A stretch of DNA of 64,000 nucleotides from Narcine bancroftii (GCF_036971445.1 NC_091471.1:277946001-278010000), one strand, 5' to 3'. Counted from the stretch's first letter, positions 12,701 to 25,674 are shown. Notes: generated from the sequence alone by a model not told the origin. Program-made: numbers and translations.

Positions 12701-15302
12701 TTCTTTACTCCTCATTTATTTTGCACACACATTTCCTTCTCCAATTTCATTATTTCTTTTTCTAATTGATCCATCCCTTTCATAGATTCTTTCTTTACTT
12801 TTTAAGTACTTATTACTTGACCTCTTAAATATACCTTCATAGAATCCCATATCGTAAACTTGCTTGTTTCTGATTATTAGTTTCAACAAAAAATTTCTAT
12901 TGTCTCGCAATCACAATTTTTTTTCTTCACTAATGTTGTATTTAACCTCCATCTTTTGCTCTTCTTCAACAAAATTGACAAAAGTAAAGGTGAATGATCC
13001 AATAGAACTCACATTTGATACTCAACCTTTTGCACTCTATATTGGAAATGTGTAGAAATTAAAAACATATCTATTCATGAATATCTTTTATATCGAAAAG
13101 CATAAAAAGAATAAAAAGAATAATCTCTTTCACTTGGGTGAATTCTTCTCCAAATATCTATTAAACCCATGTCTTTCATTAAATCTATTGCTATTTTAGC
13201 TACTTAATTTTTCATCATTTTATCTCCTGACCTATCCAATTTAGGGTCTAAAGTAAAATTAAAATCTCCCCTTAATATAATTTTTCCCTTGGCATTTGAT
13301 ATTTGCAATAAAAATATCTTGTATAAATTTACCATCATCTACATTAGGTGCATATATATTCATTAAGGTTCATTGTTCCAATTTACAATATCTTCCTGCT
13401 ACATCTACAATTGTATCAAGTATTTTCACTGGTAAATTTTTATTTATCAATATTGCTGTACCTCTAGCTTTTGAATTAAATGATGATGCTATTACAATTC
13501 CTTCCCTATCTCTTTCTAATTTTTCATGTTCCTTTCAGTCAAATGTGTTTCTTGTAAAAAGGCAATGTCTATTTTCTCTGCTTTATTTGATTCTGTATCC
13601 CATTAATATTAATAAAATTCAATTTTTCAGCCATCATATACTTTACTGAATCTACTAACCATCCATCCTTACACTCCCATCCTTGTAACTTTTAAAACAC
13701 TAATATTATATTTTGTAATATATTTGTTATATTTAGGTCTATTAAAGGAGGAAAAACAGAAAAAGATAGAAACCCTCTCCCCACTAAAGGCGTACTTTAT
13801 TAATAATCTGTCCTTAAAACTCTGATCTATACAAGTTGCTGTAGAAACCACACCAGCACTCATGACTCTGTAGAGGTTAGGCCAACACTCCCAACTAACT
13901 CTCGAAAAACTGTACTGTCTCTTGTTGTATTAGATCTATAAAATCTCTGCCAATTACAAATTTTTACCTATTTATAGATCTTTCAGGTTAAAAACTTTCC
14001 TCCTTGAAATTCTCTCACTCAAAAAACTTTTTTTTTAAACATTTGCTCTTTCCTCCTCTCCATTATCAGCTGCCATCCTTCTGCATCATCTCTCACTTCA
14101 ACCATCACTCCCCACTTGCCTCTCTTTCTCAGGCAATAAATCTGCAAATACCTTTACCTCATTGGGTTCTGTAAAAAATCTATATTTCCCTTTTGGAACA
14201 AAAGCTTCCAATACTGCCGGATACCTTACAACAAAAACGTAACCTTTCTTCCATAGCACATTTTTAACAGCATTGAATTCTTGTTTTTTTCAACAAATCA
14301 AAACTTATATCAGGGAAAAAGAAGATCTTATTTCCATTATAAATTAATGGTCATTCTCTCTTTCGCTTGCTTCACCACCAATTCATAACGAAGTAATTTG
14401 ACTAGTATCAGACAAGGCTTTTGATCTGGCTGCGGTTTTGGTTGTAATGCTCTGTGAGCTCTTTCAATCTCAATGTCTCTTTGAAATTCAATTACCCCAA
14501 AAGATTGCGGAATCCAATGTTGCAAAAACCTCTTCATGTCTTGACCTTCGTCGCCTTCTTTAAGCCCAACAATTTTTATATTATTTCTTGCACTAAAATT
14601 TTCTAAAATGTCAATTTTTTTTAGTTAGTTGATCTTTTGTTGCAGCCGCTTCAGCTCGAATTGTTTTCATCATTATTTAACATTTTGAATTTTAAATTCA
14701 TTTCCTTTTTTTTCTTCCACTTTAATTTTTTTAATCCATTTGCAGCATCATTCTTTCCACCTTCTTTGTAAAATTCTTATTTTCAACCATACTCTCAGTA
14801 CACTTTTTAACTTCTATTGTTGATTGCACCAAAGATTGTTGAAAATTATCCGTAGATTTCTTCATTTCAGTTGTAGATATGTCTCTTTCATTGTTCTAGG
14901 TATAATTCCATTCTTCTTGGTCTTCATCCTGATCACTGGAGCTGCAGGCTTCTTGGGCTCTTTTAAAAATTGCCTCCGTTTTTTTTTGGTGCTCTGCACA
15001 TGTGCGAGGAGTCACAACATCCAAGGTCTCCCCCAGCTCCAGGCTTATCTCCACAGGCTCCCACCTACTGGACAGCTCCAGGATCCTTCTTCAAGGTAGG
15101 CCTTTCTTCTTTATCTGTCTCATTTTCTTGTTCCATTTCTTGTAAAGTAACAGCAGTTTTATCTTTCTTTGGTGGCATCTTGTACTGTTTAATGGGTCTT
15201 CCGACAAATTTTCCTTCTTTTTTTCCAACCACTTCAACCTTTTTTTTTTAAACTCTTTCAGATTCAAAGTCTAACCCCATGTCATCACGTGGCCCGCCCC
15301 CA
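9770..15302 (-). mobile_element. Near full-length decayed L1 (LINE-1) element
   Basis: ORF1 from ATG 15178 (MPPKKDK...; IEIERAHRAL motif). ORF2 has endonuclease (NSKARGTAILI) and RT (DYKIVLKLLA, DQTGFIKNR, ALAIEPLA, IKYLGI) motifs. AATAAA plus A-rich tail at ~9770-9790. TSD ttgctacgcaagtt (9756-9769) / ttgctgcacaagtt (15303-15316). Many frameshifts. Confidence 0.92.
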
Positions 15303-15969
15303 TTGCTGCACAAGTTGATAGGGTAGTTAAGGAGGCTTATGAAGTGGTCGGGACTAATGAAACAGCAGTCCCTCTGTGCCCCAAGCAGTTAAGACTGACA
15401 CACAAACTGCAAGGCTTGTCATTGTCAATTTTTAATTCTGTTACTCACTTTTTTTTATTTTAGAAATTTCCAGAGAAGCTGTGGGACTCAAACACCAGCA
15501 GCTCCCAAGGTAAAGCCATAATTTTATGTTATTGTACTGACTCCTCATTTAATATTACACCAGACTTTCAAAAGGTGTACCTTCCTGCATGCTTGGCTCT
15601 CCAAATGCTTTTGCACTAAATTCAGAATGTCAACAGTGGTTTGAAGTGAACATACAGCAATGTGTTGAATTTTCTGTATGCAATCAACAGATTATTTCAC
15701 GTCCTGTAATATTTTTTATTCAGCATCTAGAGGCAATTTAAAATTTAAATACCCACATCAAACGATTCCCCAGTTGTAAAACCTCGTCTCTCTATCCACA
15801 TGCATGCCAGCTCATCCTCTTGTGTTGACAAGAGAAACTATTTCACCACATTTTCAAATGGTTTCGTGTTTGTAAGTATCTCTCCATAACATGAGGGAGC
15901 CTGTCTTAGCAGGAATCCAGACTGTGATGGAAGATTTGCTGCCTGGTTTCTGCCCTTTCTCCTGCCTTT

Positions 15970-16760
15970 ACATAGAACAGTACAGGAAAATGCCCTTTAA
16001 TCCAAGTTAAACTAAAACTCTGCTGCTCGCACATGGTCCATATCCCTTCATTTCCTGCATATTCATGCATCCATTTTTAAGCCTCATAAACGCTACTATT
16101 GCATCGGTTGTTAAACAGAAACATCTGCAGATGCTGGGATCACAAGTACAATACATAAATGTGCTGGAGAAAATCAGATCACACAGCATCCACAGGAAGT
16201 AAAAGATAACGAATGCTTCAGGCCTGGGCCTTTAGTCAGGAATTGTATCTGCCTCCACCACTACTCCTGGCAGTCTGCTCCAGGCGCCCAGCTCTCTGTG
16301 TAAAAGAAACTCTTGTCCTGCACACCTCATTCAAACTTCTCCCTTCCTCACCTTAAACTGTCCTGTTGTGTGTGACATTTTATGACAGAAAAGGTTCTAT
16401 CTATGCCCCTCATAATGTTATAAACTTCTATATGGTCTCTCTTCACTCTCTGATACTCAAGAGAAAACAGCACAACTTTGTCCAAACTCTCCTATAGCTC
16501 ATACCCTCTAATCCAGGCAACATCCTGGTAAACCTCTCCTGTGCCCATTCTGAAGCCTCCACATCCTACTTGTAATGGGGCCACCAGAAATGCATATAGT
16601 GCTCCGTGCAACATATGTTTTGTAGAGCTGCCATATGACCTCCTTCCTTTCATACCCAATGATCCGCCCATTGAAGCCAAGCGTACCATACGACTTCTTC
16701 ACCACTTGCAGGGCCACTTTCAATGAGTAATGGCCTGGACTCCCACATCCCTCTCACCCA
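15970..16760 (-). mobile_element. CR1 3' fragment interrupted by a Penelope-like terminal fragment (~16110-16243)
   Basis: Minus-strand KVALQVVKKSYGTLGF...WQLYKT and a CR1 3' UTR. The insert carries a degenerate CTGACTA...GAAG motif. Confidence 0.7.
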
Positions 16761-17479
16761 AGGGCCTTTCTACTCGACATCAAACCTTCCAAACACTGGA
16801 ACCTCCTTTTCTCAGCATCTTTCATCTTTACATCTTTCACTCCTACCAGCATTTGTGGACTTCTTGTCTACCTCCTTATAAAGGCAATGCTTTGGGTTAG
16901 GGAGAAGGATCCTGCACCACAAAACTCCAGCAACATGGGACAGTGTGCCATTAAGGAACCTTGCAGCTTAAAATTTGCTCCAAAGGCCATTTGTCTGCAA
17001 AAGCAGAGCTTGCTGAGGCAAACAGACCATCGATGGCCGGGAGATGGGGACTGAGAGACTGAACATCGGGGGGGGGGGTGATGAGGGAAAATGGGTGATT
17101 GTGATCTCACAGTCAGGGGACCTGATCAACAGCACTGGTGGCAGGAATGAAGAGACATAGGAAAACACTAAAGAAGGAGATCAGCACCTCAATTTCACCA
17201 GCCATGCACTAGACAAGTGTGGTTCCCCCTTAAATAATAGACACAGAGCTCCTCTACTTCAGGCCCACTTCCCGGGGACTTACCGACAATATTTGCAACT
17301 GAACTGGTACAACTGGGATCAAAATGTGTGATCTAAGCCGCTTGAATCACTAGTAAAACTCAGCTGCCCATGTATAAAGGTGCAGAAGACCAGAACATAT
17401 GTTGGAATACAGTCCCAATGCAAAGGACCCATTCACACTCACAGTTTAGGTTTTAAATTTGTTTGCGTCATATGCAAAT

Positions 17480-17605
17480 TCGACGCTGTTTGTAAAGAGT
17501 TTGTCTGTTTTCCCCATGTCTCCGTGGGTTTCCTCTGGAGGCTCCAGTTTCTTCCCATCCTTCAAAACATACAGGTGTTGTAGGTTTATTGGGCGGCTAC
17601 ATTTA
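17480..17605 (+). mobile_element. HE1/V-SINE-type SINE fragment
   Basis: gagtttgtctgttttccccatgtctccgtgggtttcctctggaggctccagtttcttccca resembles the V-domain core. Confidence 0.7.
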
Positions 17606-17814
17606 AAATTGTAAAGGATTATTTTCTCTTGGTGAGTAACATGTTTGGAGGACAGTTTAAAAAGGGCATGCAGAGGGTCTCGGGCCTGCTCAGTCATTTG
17701 TAGGCGAGGTCCGAGGCGCTGCATGTGCTTGGAGAGTAACAAGTGCTTGGAGGACAATTTAAAAGGGGCGTGCGGAAGGCAAAGGATTAAGCTGAGTTTT
17801 GGTTTGTGTTGAGT

Positions 17815-19890
17815 GTTGATAATGGGTCAATATTTCAGTGGAACAATGGAAATTAAAGTGGAATGAAAGAGGAACTGGCCCAAGTTGACTGGAAAATTAA
17901 CTTAGATTGGGGGGGGACAGCAGAGCAGAATTGGAGAATATTTCAACAAGAAATAAAGTGCAGGATAGATATATTCCAAGAAAAAAGAAAACTATAAATG
18001 GAAAAATGGCACAAATGTGGCTGACAAGGGAGGTTAAGGCTAAAATAAAAACAAAAGGGAGGGCAGACAAGGAAGCAGAAATTAGTGGAAAAACAGAGGG
18101 ATGGGAAACTTTTCAATTAAAAATTTTAAGAAAAACAAAGAAAGTCATTAGGAAAGAAAAGATGAATTATGAAAGAAAGTTGGAAAATAACATACAAAGG
18201 TATACTAAGAATTTTTTAAATATATAAAAAACAAAAGAGAAACACTGGTAGATATAGGACCAATGGGAAAATAAAGCTTGAGAAATGATAATAGGCAACA
18301 AAGAAATGCCAGAGGAACTAAATGAGGAAGACAGTATACCTGATAGAGGTCTCGAAGTAAATTCAATCAGGATTACTAGAGAGAGTGTTGAGCAAAGGGT
18401 GGGAATAAAGGGATCCTGTTCTGGTTGGTTGCTGGTTACTGGTGGTGTCTGCATGGGGTCAGTGTTGGGGCCGCTTCATTTTACCATGTACATTGATGAG
18501 TTAGATTATGGATGAAATGGTTTTGTGGTGAAGTTTGCAGATGACACCAAGATAGATGGAGGAGCAGGAAGTGTCGAAGAAACCAAAGGTTGCAGAGACT
18601 TGGACAGTTTAGGAGAAGGGGCAAAGACAATAGACAATAGACAATAGGAGCTGGAGTAGGCCCTTCGGCCCGTCGAGCCAGCACCGCCATTTTACAGATC
18701 ATGGCTGATCACTACCATCGGTACCCCTTTCCAGCCTTATCCCCATAACCCTTAACTCCTTTGCCCACTAGAGTCTTATCTAACTCTCTTTTGAACATAA
18801 TCAGCGAATCTGCCTCTACCACCCTCTGTGGCAGAGCATTCCACAGATTCACACTTCTCTGGGTAAAAAAATGTTTTCTCATCTCCGTCCTAAAGGGCCT
18901 ACCCTGTATTCTTAAACTATGCCCTCTAGTCCTCGTCTCCCCCATCATTGGGAACAAGTAATCCGACTTCACCCTGTCAATCCCCCTGATAATTTTGTAT
19001 ACCTCAATCATGTCCCCCCTCATCCTTCTAAACTCCATCGGATACAAGTCCAGTTTTTCTAGCCTTTCAGCATATGTCAACCCCGCCATCCCTGGAACTA
19101 ACCTTGTAAATCTGCGCTGCACACCCTCTATAGCTAGTATGAGATATAATATTGAGAAATGTACGGTTGCACATTTTGGAAGAGAAAAAAACAGGCAGAT
19201 TATTATTTGGATGGGGAGAAAATTCAAAATTCAGAAGTGCAAAGGGACTTGGGTATCTTCATGCAGTATAACCTAAAGGTTAACCTCCAGGTTGGATCGG
19301 CAATAAAGAAAGTGAATGCTAGATTGGCATTCATTTCAAGAGGAACAGTGTTCAAGAGGAAGGAGGCTCTATGGGGCACTGGTGAGACCTCATTTGGAGA
19401 ACTGTGTGCAGTTTTGGGCCCCTTACCTTAGAAAGGATGAGTTGATGATGAAAAGAGAACAGAGAAGATTTACCAAGATAGTTCCTGGATTACAAGGGCT
19501 AACATATGAGGAATGTTTAGAGGCTCTTGGACTGTATTTGTTGGAATCTAGAAAAATGAGAGATCTCATACATGTTAATAGGATGCTTCCCTTGGTGGGT
19601 GAATCCAGGACAAGAGGACACGGTCTTAGAATTAGAAGGTAACCATTTAAAACAGAGATGAGGAGAAATTTCTTAAGGGTCGTGGATTTGTGGAATTCAT
19701 TGCCACATACAGCTGTGGAGGCCCAATCATTGGGGGAGTTTAAATGGGATATTGACATGTATCTAATTAGTTAAGGTATCAAGGATATGGGGAAAAAGCA
19801 GGAAAATGGAACGAGAGAACAGTTTTGATCAGGGTGGATTTGTGGAGCAGACGATGGGCCAAATGACCTACTTCTGTTCTTGTGATTGCT
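17815..19890 (+). mobile_element. Decayed CR1 LINE (ORF2 with internal deletions), host of an antisense CR1
   Basis: GSVLGPLHF, KFADDTK, LVRPHLENCVQFWAPY and SRTRGH motifs. Confidence 0.85.
18625..19140 (-). mobile_element. Young 5'-truncated CR1 LINE nested antisense in an older CR1
   Basis: Uninterrupted ORF2 C-terminus LAIEGVQRRFTRLVPG...GYGDKAGKGYRW*, followed by a 3' UTR and a (CTATTGT)x3 tail. Confidence 0.9.
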
Positions 19891-20196
19891 TCTCACATGC
19901 CCAAACTGTGCTGCTTGAACTCCCACATGCTTGTTGGTTCTGCAATTATTTGCCCCACATCAATGAAACTTCAAAGAGAATCACCGAGCAGGCTGCAAAA
20001 CACTGGCTCAATAAACTGAAGCAAAGCCAAGAAATGGCCACGCCAATAGAATCAACCAAATAATACAGAATAAAGAAGACTAGAAAGCTGTAAAGGGAAG
20101 CTCCCATTACACACTTAATAATTTACCAGAGGCAAAAAGTCAAACATCTGCCCACCAATCATTGCAGTCAGATCAGATAGAAACAAATGAACTTAC

Positions 20197-20262
20197 AGAG
20201 TCATCCAGTGCGTAACGTAGTATACCATGCTCGTACAGAAGAAAAAACCTCCTCTGCCATTT
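20197..20262 (-). CDS. MPRIP: MPRIP-family coding exon 3 (PH domain)
   Basis: cttttgcAG|...|GTAAGT, 66 nt. Translates KWQRRFFLLYEHGILRYALDDS, the PH-domain KWQRRFF motif, in frame with exon 2. Confidence 0.95.
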
Positions 20263-20739
20263 CTGCAAAAGACAGATGTTTTAAGCATCACATATAATGT
20301 TCCAAACATTAAATACAAGATTGTTTGTGCAATAAGAGAATCCTGATGCATGGGAGAGGGATGCCCATGGTTCTTTTGATTTTCATATTGCAGTTAAATT
20401 CTTGACAGCTTGGTAATCTGGAAAGTAAACTGTGGTGAAAACCTATCTTGACGAATTGAACCACTAATTATTCACACCAGAATATCAAGAATATCTGATA
20501 TAATTTTGTATGGCCAATGAGAAATGAATCCAGATTGGACAATAAATATTGCCCATCTTACAATGAATTAAAGTTTATGAATTTGAATTTCAAATGGCAA
20601 TTTATAAATTATGTATTTTATTTCAAATTTACCAATTGTTTTATCTTGAGATTTCTCGTATGGTGCCCTCTTTCACCAAATCTGTTTAATTATTATTATT
20701 AAGAGTTTATTATAATTTTATTTTCATTAAACAATGGTA

Positions 20740-21265
20740 GGCACAAAAAACTGCTTGTACCAGGAGATTTAACTACCCTTGGACCCACTTGTTTGCCTAG
20801 CACCATCTTCCATGAGTCTTTACCCATGTTTTCCACTGTGAAAGCTGAAACAAAATAGTTGTTTTGGGCCTCATCCATTTCCAGAATACCCATTATTCAT
20901 TCCCTTTTCTCAACTTTGAAGGAACCTATGTTTACATTAGCCACTCTTTTCCATTTTATAGGATTATAAAAAACTTTTACTATGTTTTTACATTCTTAAA
21001 TACTTTCATAATCTATCTTTCTTTATTGCTTTCTTGGTGAGTTTTTCTGCTTTTTAAGTTTTCCCAATCTAATTTCCTACTATTATTAATCATTTTGAAA
21101 ACATTAGGTTTTAATGTGATGCTTTCCTTTATTGCCTTAGTTATCCACGGCCGGCTCTCCCAACCCTCACTGCCCTTGTTTTCAACTGCAGAGCACTGTG
21201 AAAAATCTTTTTGAAAGTCTTCCACTGTTTTGCTCACCAAATAACCTGTGTACCCAGTCAACTCC
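20740..21265 (-). mobile_element. Decayed CR1 internal fragment
   Basis: RPWITKAIKESI, NNYFVSAFTVE and KSPG remnants. Confidence 0.65.
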
Positions 21266-22518
21266 CTCAGCAGAAGAGTGGATGTAATGAGAACTGGAAG
21301 TAAAAATAAACTGAAAGAAGTCAAGTAGGTTTTGACTGGCTACTGGAATCTCAAGACTTGTTTTCAGATACCAGGAGTTAATAAACACAAGGCTGCTTAA
21401 ATATCTTTAACCTCATGTTTAGATTGGTGGAAGGTGAGGAAAGACGAGAAATCAAAAACAGTTCTTTATATCAAGTACAGATTTTTCTCAGTAGGAATCT
21501 TTTTGTTTAGGCTAGAATCCAATTCAATTCCCAACCGATTTGAAGTCAGAAGCATTTTTCAGTTAAAGTTCAAAATTATCCATACCTTCTTTTAAAAACA
21601 TTTTTTTACAAATTCAAGCATGTCAAAATAGTTACAGGAATTCCGAAGGGTTCTGTCCACAAACTGATTACTCCACGTTAGAAATGTGAGTAGTTTATAT
21701 CTACCCACATGGTCGTTCTACATACATTTGTAATAAAACTTAACTTTAACGATACAGTACAGGCCCTTCTGCTCCATGAAACTCATGCCGCCCAATTACA
21801 CCCAACTGGCCTACCAATCTTGTATGTGTTTGAAGAGTGGGAGGAAACCAGAGTACCCAGAGAAATGAGAGAGGGGAAGGAAAGAAAGTAAATATGTTGA
21901 GATTCAGACTTTGAGATACTGGATGACAAATGGTGGTGGTGTTGGCTTGGATGTACCAATGGAGGCTGGTTAATTCCTGGTGTAATCAAAACCAAACAAG
22001 GAGAAGGAGAAACTAGGTTGGAACTGCAATATTCAAGCTCGGAAAGCAAAACACTGTAGGTATGAAAATCTGATAACAAAAATGAGTAAGCTGGAATTAC
22101 CAAGCAGGTCATCATGTAAATGTTGACTCCTTCTATAATTCCTGACGTTGCCTGACCTGCTAGTATTTTCAGTTAGATTCTAACCTTGTTTCCAGAAGTG
22201 ATCACTTTGTGTTAGCAACTAAATCAATGCTGGTATTTTTCTAACACCTGATCGCCCAACCAGTATCAGGCCATGTATGACCTTGTAAACACTGATTTGT
22301 AAACAGGCAGCCTGTCAAATCCTTAAAGCAGGTATATTGCCTGGCTCATCACACTTTCTTTTTCAACAGGTAAGCTTCATGACCTTAGAAACAAGTCATC
22401 AAGTTGTGCAGCACTGAAGCATTCTATTTGGCCCACCACATCCATGCTAACCATTGGGCTATCAATACTAATCCCATTTAGGGGATTAGGATTAAAGGCA
22501 GCACGATTAGTGCAGAAG

Positions 22519-22642
22519 GGCGGCACGGTTAGCATAGCAGTTAGCACAATGCTATTATGGTGCCAGCAACCTGGGTTCCAATATACCGCTGTCTGTAAGG
22601 AGTTTGTACGTTCTCTCCGTGTCTAGTGTTTTTCCTCCCACC
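22519..22642 (+). mobile_element. HE1/V-SINE-type tRNA-derived SINE, 5' part (3' part at 25675-~25765)
   Basis: tRNA-like head ggcggcacggttagcatagcagttagc...gggttcc and core gtaaggagtttgtacgttctc. It is split by the Gypsy element. Confidence 0.8.
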
Positions 22643-25600
22643 TGTAATGATAAAGTGCTAGTGATCCTCCTGACCACTAGAGGGAATCAGAGACTAGTTG
22701 GTGGTAGCTTCAGATGGATTCAAGATGGGTGTCTTGTGCTTTAGCTAATATAGTTGTTTTAAAAAGAACCCAAGTTTCATTATTACAATAAAATAAACCA
22801 CATGGTACCAGGAGTGTATGTCAATCATTATCAGCAGAGAAATGGAAAGTGTGAAGTTGCCTGATGCTCTAAATTAGCCTGGAAATGTCGACTATTAGTG
22901 GAATCAGTTCAAACAAAGATTCTTGCTGTATCTGCAAGCCATTGGACTCGATAGCAAACCTGATGCACAGAAGATTGCGCTGCTACTTACTATGGTGGGA
23001 CCTCAAGCACTAGAAGTTTTCAATACATTTGTTTTTGCCAGGGCAGAAGACCAGAGAAAGTTCAATAAGGTTAACGAGATGTTTGATGTACACTGTTCAC
23101 CAAAGAAAAATGAAATGTTGGAGAGGAATGTGTTTCGCTCGCGCATGTAGCTACAGGGAAAGAGCTTTGATAGTTTTTTTTTTAAAAATAGACGTAAAAC
23201 TAAAAGCAAGAACATTCAATTTTGGATCACTGAAAGATTCAATGATCCATGATCAAATTGTGTTCAGGATTATTGATAAGAAAGTGAGAGAGAAATTGCT
23301 GCGAGACAGAGTTTACCTTAGCTGGAACTGTGAAGATATGCCACGCCAGTGAATTAGCTCTGCAGCGTGCAGAAAAGTTTGGTGAGAGTGCAAAAGCCAG
23401 AGAAAACGAAGGTATAGCCATAGCCGCAGTGTGTCCACACACGAACAAAAAATGAGACTTAGGAAACCACAAAAAGGAAAGACATCAATTTGTAAACAAT
23501 GTAGCACTCAACATGCACCAAAACAATGCCCCAAAACAATGCCCCACCAATGGAAAGGTCTGTAATAAGTGCAAAGGGCAGAATCATTTTACAAAGCAAC
23601 GTTTTTCGAAAGAGAAACAAAATAGAAGTAAAAGCGTGCACACTATGCGCACTACAGAAAAAAATGCACTCAGTGATGCACATTTTGTTGGCATTCCAGT
23701 GCAGCAAGATTATAAACCAATAGACACTGAACAGCCAAGGATAAACAGAGCTGAGCAGGACAAGTAGACTGTGACATTGCTTACAAATGGAACAAATATT
23801 TCTTTCAAGCTGGGCACAGGAGCAAAGGTCAATTTGATCTGTGAGCACGACATCAGGGCAATGAAGATAAAGCCATCCATCCATGCAAATCCTATGCAGC
23901 TCAAAGCCTACAATGGACAGAGCATCAACACGAAAGGTACATGTAAACTCAAGGTGAAAGTTAAAGAGCATCATCTCTGGTTCACAGTAGCCCCAGATAG
24001 ACATGAATCACTGCTTGGTGACAAAGCATGTGAAAACTTAATCCTAGTCGAGAGGGTGTACACACCAGGGAAACCTATTGTGCTAGCTGATGCGTTATCC
24101 AGGGCAACAAAACAGAGTGACGCACACAATAAGAGTTCCATAGAGACAGATGTGAATCTATCACTGAATCTCTTCCTGTATTTGACGTGAAATCACAGAT
24201 CACAGCTGAAACAGAAAAGGACACACTTCTACAAAAAATCATCATGAATTTGAAGGAAGAATGGCCTAGAGGTGAATGTCAGCCAGACTACAACATCAGA
24301 GCTGAGCTGAGTGTCGTCAATGGGCTTCTACAGAGACAGAGCAGAATTCTCATTCTTCAATCACTGCAACAGGAGATGCTAAAAAAGGTGCAGGAGGGGC
24401 CCTTGGAATGGAAAAATGCAAGAGGAAGGCCATAAATGCTGTTTATTGGCCAGGGATAAATGCTGACAGGATGGTTTTCAGCTGTAAGACCTGTTTGAAA
24501 CATCATGCAAAGCAGATAAAGGAACCCATGATAATAACTGACATACCAGCAGAACCATGGCAGAAAGTTGGGACTGATCTGTTCCACATGGATGGAAAGA
24601 ATTACTTGCTGGTTACTGATTATCTATCGAACTATCAGAGATTGCGCTGCTTCCTAACATGTCTGCTGCTTGTGTGATCAAATATCAACCTTTGCAAGAC
24701 ATGGAATTCCTCAAATTGTCTACTGTGACAATGGACCATGCTAGAGTTGTAGAGAATTCCAGAACTTTGCAGGAGTATGATTTTTGACATGTGACTTCAA
24801 GTCCTCTGCATCCACAAACGATAAAGCAGAGAAAGGAGTTCACATAGTTAAACAGCTGCTCAAGAAAGCACAAGACAGTGGCTCAGATCCTTATCTAGCT
24901 CTATTGAATTACAGCTTTGCCACTTGAACATGGCATCTCACCCGCTGAGCTTCTGATGGGATTTAGACTATGCATCACACTTTCCCAAACAAGAACCAAA
25001 ATGTCGAAGAAATAAAAGCCTCTGCAATGGAGACTAAAAGCACACTAATGAGAAGTCAGGATGAAGCTTAGGGCCACAGGCACAACATGGCACAGGGAGA
25101 CTCGGAGATTCCAACACTTGGGGAACAAAAAAAGCCACTGTTCTGGAGGAAATAAATCCAAGGTCCTACACTGTCAGTACAGAGGATTATCAAATACTGA
25201 GAAGGAATCAAAAGAGCCTGCTGAAAATGCAAGAGACATTGCAGGAACAGACAAATGCAGAAGATCTAGTCTGCACAACAACAGAAGAAACATCACTAGT
25301 GCTAGAGAGTAGTGACCAGCAGAGCCGACACAAGCACCTGTGTAAAGATTCACATGTGTATCAAGGCACCTGACAGGCTGAATCGCTAAAAGGAAAAGAA
25401 CTGGACACTTAAAGTTTGTGCTGCGAATGTTTGCGTTTATATTTGTGTTGAAGTTTAAATTGAAATGAATACTGTATTAGTGTGTAATGTTGCTAAACAT
25501 CTCAAGGAAAGGGGATGTAATAAAAGAGTGCTGGTGATCCTCCTAGAGGGAATCAGACTAGTTGGTGGCAATTTCAGTTGGATTCAAGATGGATGTCTCC

Positions 25601-25674
25601 ACACAGTTTTGTGCTTTAGCTAATAAAGTTGTTTTAAAAGAACCCAAGTTTCTTAATTATAATAAAACATCACA
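22643..25674 (+). mobile_element. Gypsy/Ty3 LTR retrotransposon, internally deleted (gag-protease-integrase, no RT/RNase H)
   Basis: ~160-bp LTRs TGTAA...CACA at 22643-22802 and 25516-25674. PBS TGGTACCAGGAGTG at 22803 and PPT AAGGAAAGGGGA at 25504-25515. Coding remnants: gag with CCHC knuckle (CNKCKGQNHF), protease FKLGTGA, integrase YWPGI / PWQKVGTDLF / DNGP. Approximate TSD CACC/CAGC. Confidence 0.93.

Noticed and set aside
1-20196. Exon 4 of the gene (expected PxTLPQGTINMNQC-like)
   Set aside because: Not found by eye. The look-alikes at ~1100 (stop follows) and ~6030 (CR1 remnant) do not fit, so it is probably outside the window.
22519-22600. tRNA gene
   Set aside because: The tRNA-like A/B boxes are the head of a SINE that continues into a V-domain core.
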